Assembly (NCBI GenBank): GCA_023657465.1
Contig: JAGTJX010000001.1
Span: 460,358-524,357, forward strand
Direction of reading: 5' to 3'
DNA: 64,000 bases
Source of the DNA: Lysobacteraceae bacterium
Lineage (GTDB): Bacteria > Bdellovibrionota > UBA1018 > JAGTJX01
The position numbers were made by a program, and so were the translations under genes. Positions 9,144-18,512 of this stretch are shown here, piece by piece (the stretch's first letter is position 1; every line of letters begins with the position of its first letter). The notes beneath the pieces were generated by a model. It made no database searches. It was not told the DNA's origin and saw only the letters and a program-made list of their open reading frames with translations.

Positions 9144-11663
9144 ATGGGCTTTCAGCCCCATTTTATGGGCATGGTGATTGATAGCAAAAATCAAATCGTA
9201 GCTCCTGATCAAGTTTTACCACCCAATCTCTTCGTGCTTCCTGTGAATCACGCGGTAGTGTTTCCGACGCTCATGGCGCCGATCATGGTTCAAGTTCCGA
9301 GATTCATTGCGACGGTCGAAGAGTCCATCTCTCGTCAGCGGATCATTGGTCTTCTCATTCATAAGACAGGCGAAGTTTCAGAAAACACTCAGACCAGTGA
9401 TCTCTACACCACAGGTGTAGTAGTGAAGGTGCTCAAACGGTTTAAACTCCCTGATGGATCAGTCAACATTCTCGTTCACAGTATCAAGCGCTTCAAGGCT
9501 AAGAACTTCATCTCCGAACAACCCCACTTCATCGCTCAAGCAGAATACTTAGAAGAGTTCACTGAGAAGTCGACCGACATGGACGCACTCTCTCGCTCAG
9601 TGATTGCAAGCGTGAAGAAACTTTCTGAAACCAATCCCTTTTTCACTGATGAAATGAGAATGGCAATGATCAACGCCCCTCATCCGGGTGTGGTCTCTGA
9701 TATTGTCGCATTTGCTCTTGCACTCCCACGTGAAGACGCACAGGTCTTCTTAGAGACGACATCCGTAAAAGAGCGTTTCGAAAAACTCCTCGTATTCCTT
9801 CAGAAGGAACAAAACGTCTCAGATCTTCAAAAAAAGATTCAAGGTGATGTGAACGGCAAGATCAGCACGATGCAAAGAGAGTTTTTCCTCAAGGAACAAC
9901 TCAAGGTCATCAAAAAAGAATTAGGAATTGAAGAAGAAGGCAAAGACAAGAATAAGAGAAGCTTTGCTGAGCGGATTGAATCTGCTGGAATGACTGAAGA
10001 AGCGAAGAAAGTAGCTCTCGAAGAGCTTGAGAAGTTTGAAACTCTTTCTGAGAGCTCGCCTGAATATAATATTTCTAGGAATTATCTTGAGACGATCTGT
10101 TCACTCCCTTGGAGTAATGAGACTCAGGACAATCTCGATCTTGGTCATGCTCAAAGTGTTCTTGATGAAGATCACTACGGATTGAACAAAGTGAAGGATC
10201 GCATCATCGAGTTTCTCGCTGTGAGGAAATTGAATCCTAAGTCGCCCAAGGGATCGATCATCTGCTTAGTAGGTCCTCCAGGTGTTGGTAAGACATCAGT
10301 CGGTAAGTCCATTGCTAAGACAATGGGAAGATCCTTCTACAGATTCTCTCTCGGCGGCATGCGTGACGAAGCTGAAATCAAGGGTCACAGAAGGACTTAT
10401 ATCGGCGCTCTTCCAGGAAAATTCATTCAAGCGATGAAGCGTGCGGGAACCAAGAACCCCGTCATTATGCTCGACGAAATCGACAAGCTTGGAAACAGCT
10501 TTCAAGGTGATCCAGCGAGCGCGCTACTTGAAGTTTTGGATTCTGAGCAGAACTCACAGTTCTTGGATCATTATCTTGATCTGCACTATGATCTTTCAAA
10601 GGTTTTGTTTGTAGCTACAGCCAATAATCTCTCGACCATTCCAGCTCCACTTTTAGATCGCATGGAAATCATTGAGATCCCTGGCTATACACTTGAAGAG
10701 AAAGAAGAAATTGCTTCTCGCTACGTGATTCCAAAAGTCCTTGAGTCCAATGGTTTGAAACCCAATCAAATTAGAATCGAAAAAGCCGCTTTGAAGAAGA
10801 TCATGAACGACTACGCAAGAGAACCAGGTCTTAGGGTTCTTCAACAAATGATCGAAAAAATCGCCCGCAAAGCTGTCGCTCAAATTGTGAGAGGTATGGA
10901 CCGTGGTCAGGCTCAGCGCCCGATTTGGATTCATGTGGATGATCTTCATGAGTATCTAGGTAACAAGCGCTTTTATAATGAGCTTGCCGAAAGAGTGACT
11001 TCACCTGGTGTCGTCACAGGACTTGCCTGGACTGCGATGGGTGGAGATATCCTCTTCATCGAAGCCGCTTCTCTTCCTGGTATTGGCAATCTCAAGCTCA
11101 CTGGTCAAATGGGTGAGGTGATGACTGAGAGCGCTGCGATCGCATGGACGTTTGTGAAGAAAAAAATTTTGAAAGGCAAGACACACAAACCTGAATTCTT
11201 CAAAGAGAACGACTTCCACTTACACATTCCGGCAGGAGCTATCCCTAAGGATGGTCCATCTGCAGGTGTGACGATGGCTGCGGCTCTGTACTCTCTGATT
11301 ACAAACAGAAAATCCAAACAGCGAGTCGCAATGACGGGTGAGCTCTCGCTTATCGGCAAAGTGCTACCTGTCGGTGGAATCAAAGAGAAAATCCTGGCAG
11401 CGAAGCGAGCTGGAGTGACTACGATCATCATGCCTAAGTTGAATGAGAAGGACTTGAATGAAGTTCCAAAGTCAGCGCTCAAGGATCTTGAGATTCATTA
11501 CGTCAGTCATGTGGATGAAGTGCTTGATCTCGTGCTTGAAGAGCCAGCTAAGATTGTTGCTAAAAAAGAAACAGCTACTTCCAGGATCTTAAAGAAGAAA
11601 TCCAAGAAAGTAGCTGTGACTAAATCAAAACGTTTATCGCGTTATAGTGAAAAGCGATCTTAG
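9144..11663 (+). CDS. lon: ATP-dependent Lon protease (La) with a Lys-rich C-terminal tail
   Basis: LON N-domain, Walker A GPPGVGKTS, proteolytic PKDGPSAGV (catalytic Ser) and the downstream Lys of the dyad; the start may instead be ATG 9165. Confidence 0.95.
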   Translation: MGFQPHFMGMVIDSKNQIVAPDQVLPPNLFVLPVNHAVVFPTLMAPIMVQVPRFIATVEESISRQRIIGLLIHKTGEVSENTQTSDLYTTGVVVKVLKRFKLPDGSVNILVHSIKRFKAKNFISEQPHFIAQAEYLEEFTEKSTDMDALSRSVIASVKKLSETNPFFTDEMRMAMINAPHPGVVSDIVAFALALPREDAQVFLETTSVKERFEKLLVFLQKEQNVSDLQKKIQGDVNGKISTMQREFFLKEQLKVIKKELGIEEEGKDKNKRSFAERIESAGMTEEAKKVALEELEKFETLSESSPEYNISRNYLETICSLPWSNETQDNLDLGHAQSVLDEDHYGLNKVKDRIIEFLAVRKLNPKSPKGSIICLVGPPGVGKTSVGKSIAKTMGRSFYRFSLGGMRDEAEIKGHRRTYIGALPGKFIQAMKRAGTKNPVIMLDEIDKLGNSFQGDPASALLEVLDSEQNSQFLDHYLDLHYDLSKVLFVATANNLSTIPAPLLDRMEIIEIPGYTLEEKEEIASRYVIPKVLESNGLKPNQIRIEKAALKKIMNDYAREPGLRVLQQMIEKIARKAVAQIVRGMDRGQAQRPIWIHVDDLHEYLGNKRFYNELAERVTSPGVVTGLAWTAMGGDILFIEAASLPGIGNLKLTGQMGEVMTESAAIAWTFVKKKILKGKTHKPEFFKENDFHLHIPAGAIPKDGPSAGVTMAAALYSLITNRKSKQRVAMTGELSLIGKVLPVGGIKEKILAAKRAGVTTIIMPKLNEKDLNEVPKSALKDLEIHYVSHVDEVLDLVLEEPAKIVAKKETATSRILKKKSKKVAVTKSKRLSRYSEKRS

Positions 11664-12127
11664 TAACTACAGGTTAAAGTTTCTTTGGTTTTAACACCAT
11701 TCTTACAATCCTTGCTTTCAATAAAGAGGACTGCTTGATCTTTAGTGGATTTTGTAAAAGTTAATTGCTGGTAATATTTACACTTATTTTTTCCTTCGAA
11801 AAAATCAAAATAGGATACAAATCCATTAGAGATTTTTACTTTATTTTTATTAAAATCCCAGGATTGTAAATCTGTTCCGAGTTGTTTACTGCCTACTGTG
11901 ATTTCAAAAATATCGGCTGTTACTGTGTTATCAGAGCTCCAGCTATCAATATTATTTACTGCGACATAACAATTTTTTTTACCATAAATGACTTTTTTGT
12001 TTTTTGTGTATAAGCCTTCACCTGTTTTACCTTCAAATTTATTGAGACGATTGATAACAGATTTAAGTGTGTCTGCTTGTGAAGAAGTAGCTAATAGAAC
12101 TGAAAATAGAACGATAATAGATTTCAT
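11660..12127 (-). CDS. Hypothetical secreted Cys-containing protein
   Basis: Signal peptide MKSIIVLFSVLLATSSQA from an internal Met; 4 Cys; no known motif. Confidence 0.4.
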   Translation of the reverse strand: MKSIIVLFSVLLATSSQADTLKSVINRLNKFEGKTGEGLYTKNKKVIYGKKNCYVAVNNIDSWSSDNTVTADIFEITVGSKQLGTDLQSWDFNKNKVKISNGFVSYFDFFEGKNKCKYYQQLTFTKSTKDQAVLFIESKDCKNGVKTKETLTCSY

Positions 12128-12193
12128 AAATCCCCCTTGTTTAAGATGCGGGAGATTTATCACGAAATATTATTTAAACAATATGAATTGTAT

Positions 12194-12430
12194 TTAGTGA
12201 GGAAGATGCGGCTGAGTGAGCTTCTCGCCTGGACCGAAATCAACAACCTTGTTGCTCTTCACAGTTCCAGCTGCAATCTCACGTAGAGCTGTAACAACAA
12301 TACGGTTTTTGCTCTTAATCGTTGGGTCAGAACCTTTGAAAATCTGACGAGCGCGTCTCGTTGCTGTGTGAACGAGTTCGTACATGTTTGGAATATTCTT
12401 TAAACAGTCTTCAATTGTGATTCTTGCCAT
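12194..12430 (-). CDS. rpoZ: DNA-directed RNA polymerase subunit omega
   Basis: [30 protein letters not shown] matches the RpoZ N-terminal consensus; the true start is the internal Met of the 90-aa ORF. Confidence 0.8.
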   Translation of the reverse strand: MARITIEDCLKNIPNMYELVHTATRRARQIFKGSDPTIKSKNRIVVTALREIAAGTVKSNKVVDFGPGEKLTQPHLPH

Positions 12431-12488
12431 GGGGCATGAATAGCAAACCCCACCTATGAAAGTCAAGGCGCGGTTATATTGCTTAGAG

Positions 12489-12965
12489 TCATTTTCGGCC
12501 AGTTTTGCGAGATTTCATGGCTTGATCCATCTCTTTTTGAGCGGATTTCTTCTTCATATCCGCTCGTTTGTCGCCTGCATTCTTACCCTTGGCGATTCCT
12601 AGCTCGACCTTCACTCTCCCGGCATTGAAGTAGAACTTGGTGGGAACGATGGTCATCCCCTTCTGAGTGATGAGACCGAAAAGCTTAATGATTTCCTGTT
12701 TATGGATCAGGAGTTTTCGCTCGCGCGTGGGTTCGTGATTCCAGATGTTTCCATGTTTGTAAGGCGCGATGTGAGCATGCATGAGGTAAGCCTCAAGACT
12801 TGCTGCAGTTTTCTGCTTAATTGCTACGTAGGAATCCTTCAGATTCGGTGATCCATCACGGATGCTTTTGATCTCAGTGCCAGTGAGCGCAATCCCAGCC
12901 TCGAGAGTTTCCGAGATGTGGTAGTTGCGATAGGCATTGGGATTGGTCGCGATTAGTTTTTCCAT
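12489..12965 (-). CDS. smpB: SsrA-binding protein SmpB
   Basis: [30 protein letters not shown] motifs; about 158 aa with a basic C-terminal tail. Confidence 0.9.
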   Translation of the reverse strand: MEKLIATNPNAYRNYHISETLEAGIALTGTEIKSIRDGSPNLKDSYVAIKQKTAASLEAYLMHAHIAPYKHGNIWNHEPTRERKLLIHKQEIIKLFGLITQKGMTIVPTKFYFNAGRVKVELGIAKGKNAGDKRADMKKKSAQKEMDQAMKSRKTGRK

Positions 12966-13561
12966 GTGGGTTGCGCAATACCGAGAGACAAGATCAGTTT
13001 GAATGCCTCTTCGACTTTCAAATGAGTTTCTTTGACTTCGGTTTCCTTCACGATGAGATGGAATCCAGAAGTAGGGTTGGGAACAGTAGGAATGAACACA
13101 TTGAGATAACCATCCGGGAGAGTCTTGCTCACTGCAGGTCCAGTGACGAATGCAACAGCCCAGACACCTACACGTGGATACTCTATATAGACAACTCTGC
13201 TAAATTGTTTGCCTCCACCAGTAGCGAGAGTTTTTAAGAGTTGATCGAGAGATGAGTAGATCGTACCAACTACAGGAATGCGTTGGATTTGTTCACCGAA
13301 GAATTCCAAGAATTTCTTACCGAAGTAAAACTTTGAAAACAAACCCAAGAGAGCGATTCCAATTGCGAATGCAACAGTGATTCCTAGTACCAAGAGACCC
13401 GTGATGACTTCAGATTCAGGTCTTAATTCACTTGGGACGAGATCGATGAAGTCCCATAGAAAACTCACGAAGTATCTACTGATCCAAAAAATAACCACCA
13501 TCGGAATGAATACAATCACTCCGGTTAGAAAATTTTTTCTTAAAATCTCGATGATCTTCAT
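12953..13561 (-). CDS. DUF502-family membrane protein
   Basis: Two N-terminal TM helices and a conserved DUF502-like core; overlaps the smpB start. Confidence 0.55.
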   Translation of the reverse strand: MKIIEILRKNFLTGVIVFIPMVVIFWISRYFVSFLWDFIDLVPSELRPESEVITGLLVLGITVAFAIGIALLGLFSKFYFGKKFLEFFGEQIQRIPVVGTIYSSLDQLLKTLATGGGKQFSRVVYIEYPRVGVWAVAFVTGPAVSKTLPDGYLNVFIPTVPNPTSGFHLIVKETEVKETHLKVEEAFKLILSLGIAQPTWKN

Positions 13562-13575
13562 TGTTTCAGTCTTTC

Positions 13576-14934
13576 TTACATCTCAAACGATACGTTTGCT
13601 CCGCCGCCAAGTAGGGATCCACTCACAGTATACCCTGGAGCACCAATATCGGAAGAGGAAGCCTTAGTAATATTTTGGGTCTCAAGTTGATGATAAGCTA
13701 GATAAACATCAAAACTCCAGGATGATTTTTGTAAACGCCCACCCAGGGTATACATCATTCTAGATGGGTCTAATAAGTTATAATTTCCAGTGTCATTTGC
13801 AGAAGTTTTGACAATGCTTGGCCTGTAGCCTGCACCCGCTTTCACAAACCATTGAGAAGGGCCTGTGTCTTTGATCATCCACTCCTCAGTGATGCCTACG
13901 ATTAAGATATCTTTGAATTCAATCGGTAGAGTCTGTGATGGACTCACGTTGAGAGGACAGTAAGTACCATTTTCGCAAGTAGAGGTCTGAGGATTTGTGA
14001 TCATCGCTGTGGGTGGTTTGAACGTAGACCAACGCTGATAGCTCGATTCGATTTTGAGAACTCCGCGCCTCAAGTGTGGAACTGAAAAACCTAAATCTAA
14101 ACTCCACGGATCAAAGTAGAGGGATGAGAGACCTGTGAGTTGAAAGGCAAACGCTGCAGTATCACCGAACACTCGAGAGGCTGCGGTCATATCGAGAGTG
14201 GCGCTTGAGTCAGCAGGAAATCTCACGACTCCGCTGATAGAGCAATTCGGACAAAAGTCATGGTCACTGAATTGGTAGCTTGATCCAATGATGGGAACGG
14301 GGAAGGGGCGTAGTGATGCTAAGAACCTAATGGATGAAGGTTTCACGGGATTGGTTTGCAACATCACATTTGCTCGAGCAGTAAGATTGTATCCAAGACG
14401 TAGAGACGCACCCAGGTTGAATCTCGGTAGTGGTTGAATCCCAAACCCTACTGCGACTTCTGGTCTCTGAGAACGAGAACGATCGAGTACAAACTCAGGA
14501 GAGAATGTTTCGCCTGAGTCATAGTACGCGAGAGCAGACCAAGGGAGGAAGCTTGAGAGTCCGATGCTGAAGTTTAAGAATTCTGGAAAGAGTGCATACC
14601 GAAGACCAAGTAACTGACCGATGGTGGTTCTGTAGTCAGGATCTAAGTTTCCGACTCGAGTTTTGTCAGAGACAGTATTATTCTCAAGTAGAATATTCGA
14701 CATTCGCGAGAACTGAGGAATGAGTGTGTTCCATCCATACTGAGCAGAGAGTTTGTTCTTAGCTGCGAGTTGTGCAGGATTTTCAAACGCTGACATTGGA
14801 TTGCCTACATCTGTAATGGTGACGAAACTTCCATTAGATACGCTGAAGGGACTAGAGGCCCAAGTCGAGGAAGAAAGAGAAGAAGAAAGAATAGAGGAGA
14901 GAAGTACTATTGCAAGTCCCAGTGCTTGGCGCAC
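13576..14934 (-). CDS. FadL/TodX-like outer-membrane transport protein; start probably GTG at 14934
   Basis: N-terminal NPAQLA-type motif after a signal peptide (RQALGLAIVLLSSILSSSLSSSTWA); beta-rich sequence; the ATG at 15024 would overlap ksgA by 118 nt. Confidence 0.5.
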   Translation of the reverse strand: MRQALGLAIVLLSSILSSSLSSSTWASSPFSVSNGSFVTITDVGNPMSAFENPAQLAAKNKLSAQYGWNTLIPQFSRMSNILLENNTVSDKTRVGNLDPDYRTTIGQLLGLRYALFPEFLNFSIGLSSFLPWSALAYYDSGETFSPEFVLDRSRSQRPEVAVGFGIQPLPRFNLGASLRLGYNLTARANVMLQTNPVKPSSIRFLASLRPFPVPIIGSSYQFSDHDFCPNCSISGVVRFPADSSATLDMTAASRVFGDTAAFAFQLTGLSSLYFDPWSLDLGFSVPHLRRGVLKIESSYQRWSTFKPPTAMITNPQTSTCENGTYCPLNVSPSQTLPIEFKDILIVGITEEWMIKDTGPSQWFVKAGAGYRPSIVKTSANDTGNYNLLDPSRMMYTLGGRLQKSSWSFDVYLAYHQLETQNITKASSSDIGAPGYTVSGSLLGGGANVSFEM

Positions 14935-15725
14935 GATTGAAAAAGCGCGCTCCAATGTTCCCAAGTGAGAGCCTCTGCTCTGAGTGTTTCTGGAACCTTT
15001 GAATCTGTAAGACCTGACTTCCATAATGCGTGGTCGTTAAATATCGAACGCAGCATCTTTCTTCTATGAGAAAACGCTAATTTTAGCAAATCTTGCCAAA
15101 GTTTCTTATGCGCCTCGGAGGATTGAGTCTGGGGAATTCTAGCTTGAGGTCTTGGGATACATTTAATGACCAGTGAGTCAATTTTGGGTTTAGGTTTGAA
15201 TGCAGAGGGCGGAACAAGCAGAACCTTCTCAATATCCCAGACGTTTTGAGACCAGATCCCTAGGCTTCCAACGGTCTTGGGTTTCAGTAGTATTCTCTCA
15301 GCGACTTCTTTTTGGAACATGAGCACCATGAATTTGATTTCGTGGGGATGCTCTGCAAGCTTGGTGAATATTCTTGTGCCTACAGAGTAAGGGAGATTGG
15401 AGAAGAGACCCACAGGCTCGCTCCTAAAAAGTGAATGGTAATCCGTATCCACAGCGTCTTCTAGCCTGAGAGTGAGCTGAGGTATTGTAGTGGTCTTCCA
15501 CTTTTCTGCGATCTCTCTATCCTTCTCGATCAGAGTCAGCGGCAACTCTGGATGGCGCTCAGTCCAGGGACGAGTGAGTGCACCTAGTCCTGGTCCAATT
15601 TCAAACATTTGCTTCACAGGATATTGAGATAGTGAGTGATCAATTGAATCGATGATTCGACCTATGATGGAGTCATTAACAAGAAAGTTTTGGCCGAATG
15701 CTTTTTGTTTAACGAATTGGCTCAT
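14907..15725 (-). CDS. rsmA: 16S rRNA (adenine1518/1519-N6)-dimethyltransferase
   Basis: QNFLVN start, SAM-binding EIGPGLGALT, NLPY motif. Confidence 0.85.
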   Translation of the reverse strand: MSQFVKQKAFGQNFLVNDSIIGRIIDSIDHSLSQYPVKQMFEIGPGLGALTRPWTERHPELPLTLIEKDREIAEKWKTTTIPQLTLRLEDAVDTDYHSLFRSEPVGLFSNLPYSVGTRIFTKLAEHPHEIKFMVLMFQKEVAERILLKPKTVGSLGIWSQNVWDIEKVLLVPPSAFKPKPKIDSLVIKCIPRPQARIPQTQSSEAHKKLWQDLLKLAFSHRRKMLRSIFNDHALWKSGLTDSKVPETLRAEALTWEHWSALFQSCAKHWDLQ

Positions 15726-16771
15726 GCGGATGCCTGCGCATTCAACTTTAAAGCTTCGTGATGAGTTAAGAACTGGCCTTGAGAGAATCTCAAAGCTCCT
15801 GCAGCTGCAATCATTGCAGCGTTATCGGTGCAGTATTCTTTCAGAGGCTGATAAATTTTAATATTTTTTAGTGATTCCAAGCGAGCACGCAGAGCAGAGT
15901 TGGCAGCAACTCCTCCGACGATTGCGATTCCCTTACAGTCGTACTGATGAATTGCGATTTTAATTTTTGAGAAAAGTGCATCGATGATCGCTTCTTGAAC
16001 AGATGCTGCGAGATCTTTCTTAGAGCTCTCGAATGTACCCTTCTTTTTTAAATCTTGAATGACAAAGCTTGCTGCAGTCTTAAGTCCACTGAAGGAGAAG
16101 TCGAGTATGGACTTCTGTGGAAGTGCTCGAGGGAGAGTGAACGCATGAGGGTTTCCACCTTTGGCTTCACGGTCAATCCAGACTCCACCAGGGTAGGGGA
16201 ATCCCATGAGCTTAGCAGTCTTATCAAACGCTTCACCTGCGGCATCATCGCGAGATTGCCCGATGAGTGAGTGTTTCAAGAAGTCCTTCTCCCAGAATTC
16301 TGGAAGTGTCTTGATGATGTACATACTTGTGTGACCACCAGAGACGACGACGAGGAGGAGAGGAAGTTTTATTGTGTTGAGCGTGTCGCTCTGGTCTAGA
16401 AAAATACTGCACGCATGTCCCTCGAGATGATGAACGGGGACGACAGGCTTTTTCAAGCAGTAAGAGAGAGCCTTAGTAGCGCTTACTCCAACTAAGAGAG
16501 CGCCTACTAATCCTGGACGATTGGTCACTGCGATCGCGTCCAGATCTGAATATTTTCCGCCCCATACTTTCATAGCGCCATCAATCATCTGATTCACAGT
16601 TTCTAGATGATTCCGAGACGCGACCTCTGGTACGACTCCGCCATAGGGAATATGAAGGTCAATCTGAGAGAAAGTCGAAACCGAATGAACTTTGAACAGA
16701 TGTTGATCGAATTCTACGACGGATGCTGACGATTCGTCGCAGGAAGACTCAATGCCTAAAACAAAACTCAT
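15722..16771 (-). CDS. tsaD: tRNA N6-adenosine threonylcarbamoyltransferase TsaD
   Basis: MSFVLGIESSCDESS N-terminus, HxxGH metal site (HLEGH), Kae1/Gcp family length; ATGA coupling to rsmA. Confidence 0.9.
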   Translation of the reverse strand: MSFVLGIESSCDESSASVVEFDQHLFKVHSVSTFSQIDLHIPYGGVVPEVASRNHLETVNQMIDGAMKVWGGKYSDLDAIAVTNRPGLVGALLVGVSATKALSYCLKKPVVPVHHLEGHACSIFLDQSDTLNTIKLPLLLVVVSGGHTSMYIIKTLPEFWEKDFLKHSLIGQSRDDAAGEAFDKTAKLMGFPYPGGVWIDREAKGGNPHAFTLPRALPQKSILDFSFSGLKTAASFVIQDLKKKGTFESSKKDLAASVQEAIIDALFSKIKIAIHQYDCKGIAIVGGVAANSALRARLESLKNIKIYQPLKEYCTDNAAMIAAAGALRFSQGQFLTHHEALKLNAQASA

Positions 16772-17520
16772 TATTTCTTTTTCTTTTTAGATTTTTTGTC
16801 GCTATGAGAATTTTTCTGGTGTTTGAGTTCTTTTGCTTCAGGACTCTTTGGGAACTTGTCAGTGAGCTCTTGATAGAACGCTTGAGCATCTTCTTTCATA
16901 TGAAGAGCATCGAAGCTCTGTCCAATTTTCAAGAGTGCTTTTGGCATTTTTGGTGAATCAGAATACTTCTCAGGAAACTTCGAGAAGTCTACGATGGCCT
17001 TTTTGAATTCTTTCAGACGGTAGTAAGAATCACCACGGAGGAAGATCGCTTCTTCTGCGTTCTTAGGATTTGATTTAAGAAAGAGTCCTACTTCTGAAAC
17101 AGCAGTTTCATATTGAGCATCGTCGTACGCAGCTTTGGCCTTCTCTAGATGTTCCTTAGGATCTTTCTCGGTAGCAACTGCGAGTCCCTTCAGTCGCTCG
17201 AGAACTTCGAACTGAGTTTTTTCTACTTCAATTAAGCGAGTTTCAATTTTCTTAATGTCTTCGTCTTTGTAGGACTTGCCAGTAGTGAGACCCTTCTCAA
17301 TATCTTCAATACGACCGGTGAGGCGGGTGATTTCTGCTTTGAGTTCATCGACAGCGTAGAGACTGCCCGCTGGCGAGGTTTCTACGTTCCTTGGAGCGAC
17401 AGTTCTAGCGCCAGCATCATCGTATGGATTCTCTTTGAGTTGAGCGCGAGTTTTAATACAGCTCGTGAGTGTGAAGAGCGTTACGAAAACAAAAAAGAGT
17501 GTAAATTTTTTCATGCTCAT
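16771..17520 (-). CDS. cpoB: Tol-Pal system protein CpoB/YbgF-like lipoprotein (coiled coil plus TPR)
   Basis: Lipobox LTSC, central coiled coil, C-terminal TPR repeats typical of YbgF; follows pal. Confidence 0.7.
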   Translation of the reverse strand: MSMKKFTLFFVFVTLFTLTSCIKTRAQLKENPYDDAGARTVAPRNVETSPAGSLYAVDELKAEITRLTGRIEDIEKGLTTGKSYKDEDIKKIETRLIEVEKTQFEVLERLKGLAVATEKDPKEHLEKAKAAYDDAQYETAVSEVGLFLKSNPKNAEEAIFLRGDSYYRLKEFKKAIVDFSKFPEKYSDSPKMPKALLKIGQSFDALHMKEDAQAFYQELTDKFPKSPEAKELKHQKNSHSDKKSKKKKK

Positions 17521-17533
17521 ATCTTAGCTCTTT

Positions 17534-17959
17534 TTACTGATTTGGTGAAGTGGAAGCTTGTTGATCGTCAACCGGCACTTGCTCAGGCGGTGGAGCATCC
17601 ACGGGTTGTAGATCAGGAGTAGATGCCGCAGTTGGCTGAGCCATAGGATCCTTAGGTGTCTCGTGTCTCACCCCTCCGACTTTAATGGCGTTGAATTCAG
17701 CTTTTTCGCCGTAACTTTTCGCCCGGATCAGCGCAGCCTTTGCTTCACTATAGTTTTTAAAACGGTATTCACGTTTTCCGAGATCGAGAGATTGTTGCGC
17801 TTTACGATAAAGATCGGGAGCCATGTTTTCTGCAGACACTTCTTTTGCAGCTCGTACAGAAGCGATAGCATCAGCAAGTTCCTGATCGGGTCTTGTTTCA
17901 AAAACTGAAGCACACGCACCCAGTGCGAGTAGAGCAATAAAAATTGCGTGAGCCTTCAT
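17534..17959 (-). CDS. Lipoprotein, DUF4398-like (often found next to OmpA-family genes)
   Basis: Lipobox LGAC; Ala-rich helical N-terminal domain and a Pro/Gln-rich tail. Confidence 0.45.
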   Translation of the reverse strand: MKAHAIFIALLALGACASVFETRPDQELADAIASVRAAKEVSAENMAPDLYRKAQQSLDLGKREYRFKNYSEAKAALIRAKSYGEKAEFNAIKVGGVRHETPKDPMAQPTAASTPDLQPVDAPPPEQVPVDDQQASTSPNQ

Positions 17960-17971
17960 GAAGCGATTAAA

Positions 17972-18475
17972 TTATCTAGAAGTGACGACGAAGTTCGCAC
18001 GGCGGTTTTTAGCCATGGAGTCTTCTCCGGTTCCTTGATCGATGAGTTTTTCTTTTCCGAAGCTGATCGTAGTGATGCGATTGCCTTGGACACCTTTGTC
18101 GATCATATATTTACGAACAGCGTTTGCGCGTTTCTCACCAAGGGCTAAGTTATATTGAATGCCGCCGCGTTGATCGCAGTGACCTTCAACTTGAATCTTT
18201 GCTGAGGATTTGTCTTTTAAGATTTGAATGTTTGCAGCGAGTGCTTCTTTGTCAGCTGCAGAGAGTTCATATGAATCGTAGGGGAAGTGGATCGTCTGTA
18301 ATCCCATTGCGCGTCCGGTATCTGAATCGCCAATAGCACTGTTGTCATCAGCGCCAGCAGAAGTTGGAACTGGATTTTCATCTGGGTTGAGCTCATCTTT
18401 TTTGGAGCAACCAAAAGAAACAGTGAGAGCTAATGCGATTACGAAAGGGAATAAGTTTTTCTTGTTGTTGAACAT
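17972..18475 (-). CDS. pal: Peptidoglycan-associated lipoprotein Pal (OmpA C-terminal domain)
   Basis: Lipobox FGCS; OmpA-like domain FPYDSYEL...EGHCDQRGGIQYNLALGEKRANAV. Confidence 0.9.
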   Translation of the reverse strand: MFNNKKNLFPFVIALALTVSFGCSKKDELNPDENPVPTSAGADDNSAIGDSDTGRAMGLQTIHFPYDSYELSAADKEALAANIQILKDKSSAKIQVEGHCDQRGGIQYNLALGEKRANAVRKYMIDKGVQGNRITTISFGKEKLIDQGTGEDSMAKNRRANFVVTSR

Positions 18476-18512
18476 CGATTCCTCCTGGAATGGGGTTTAG
18501 TTAAAGTTAGCT

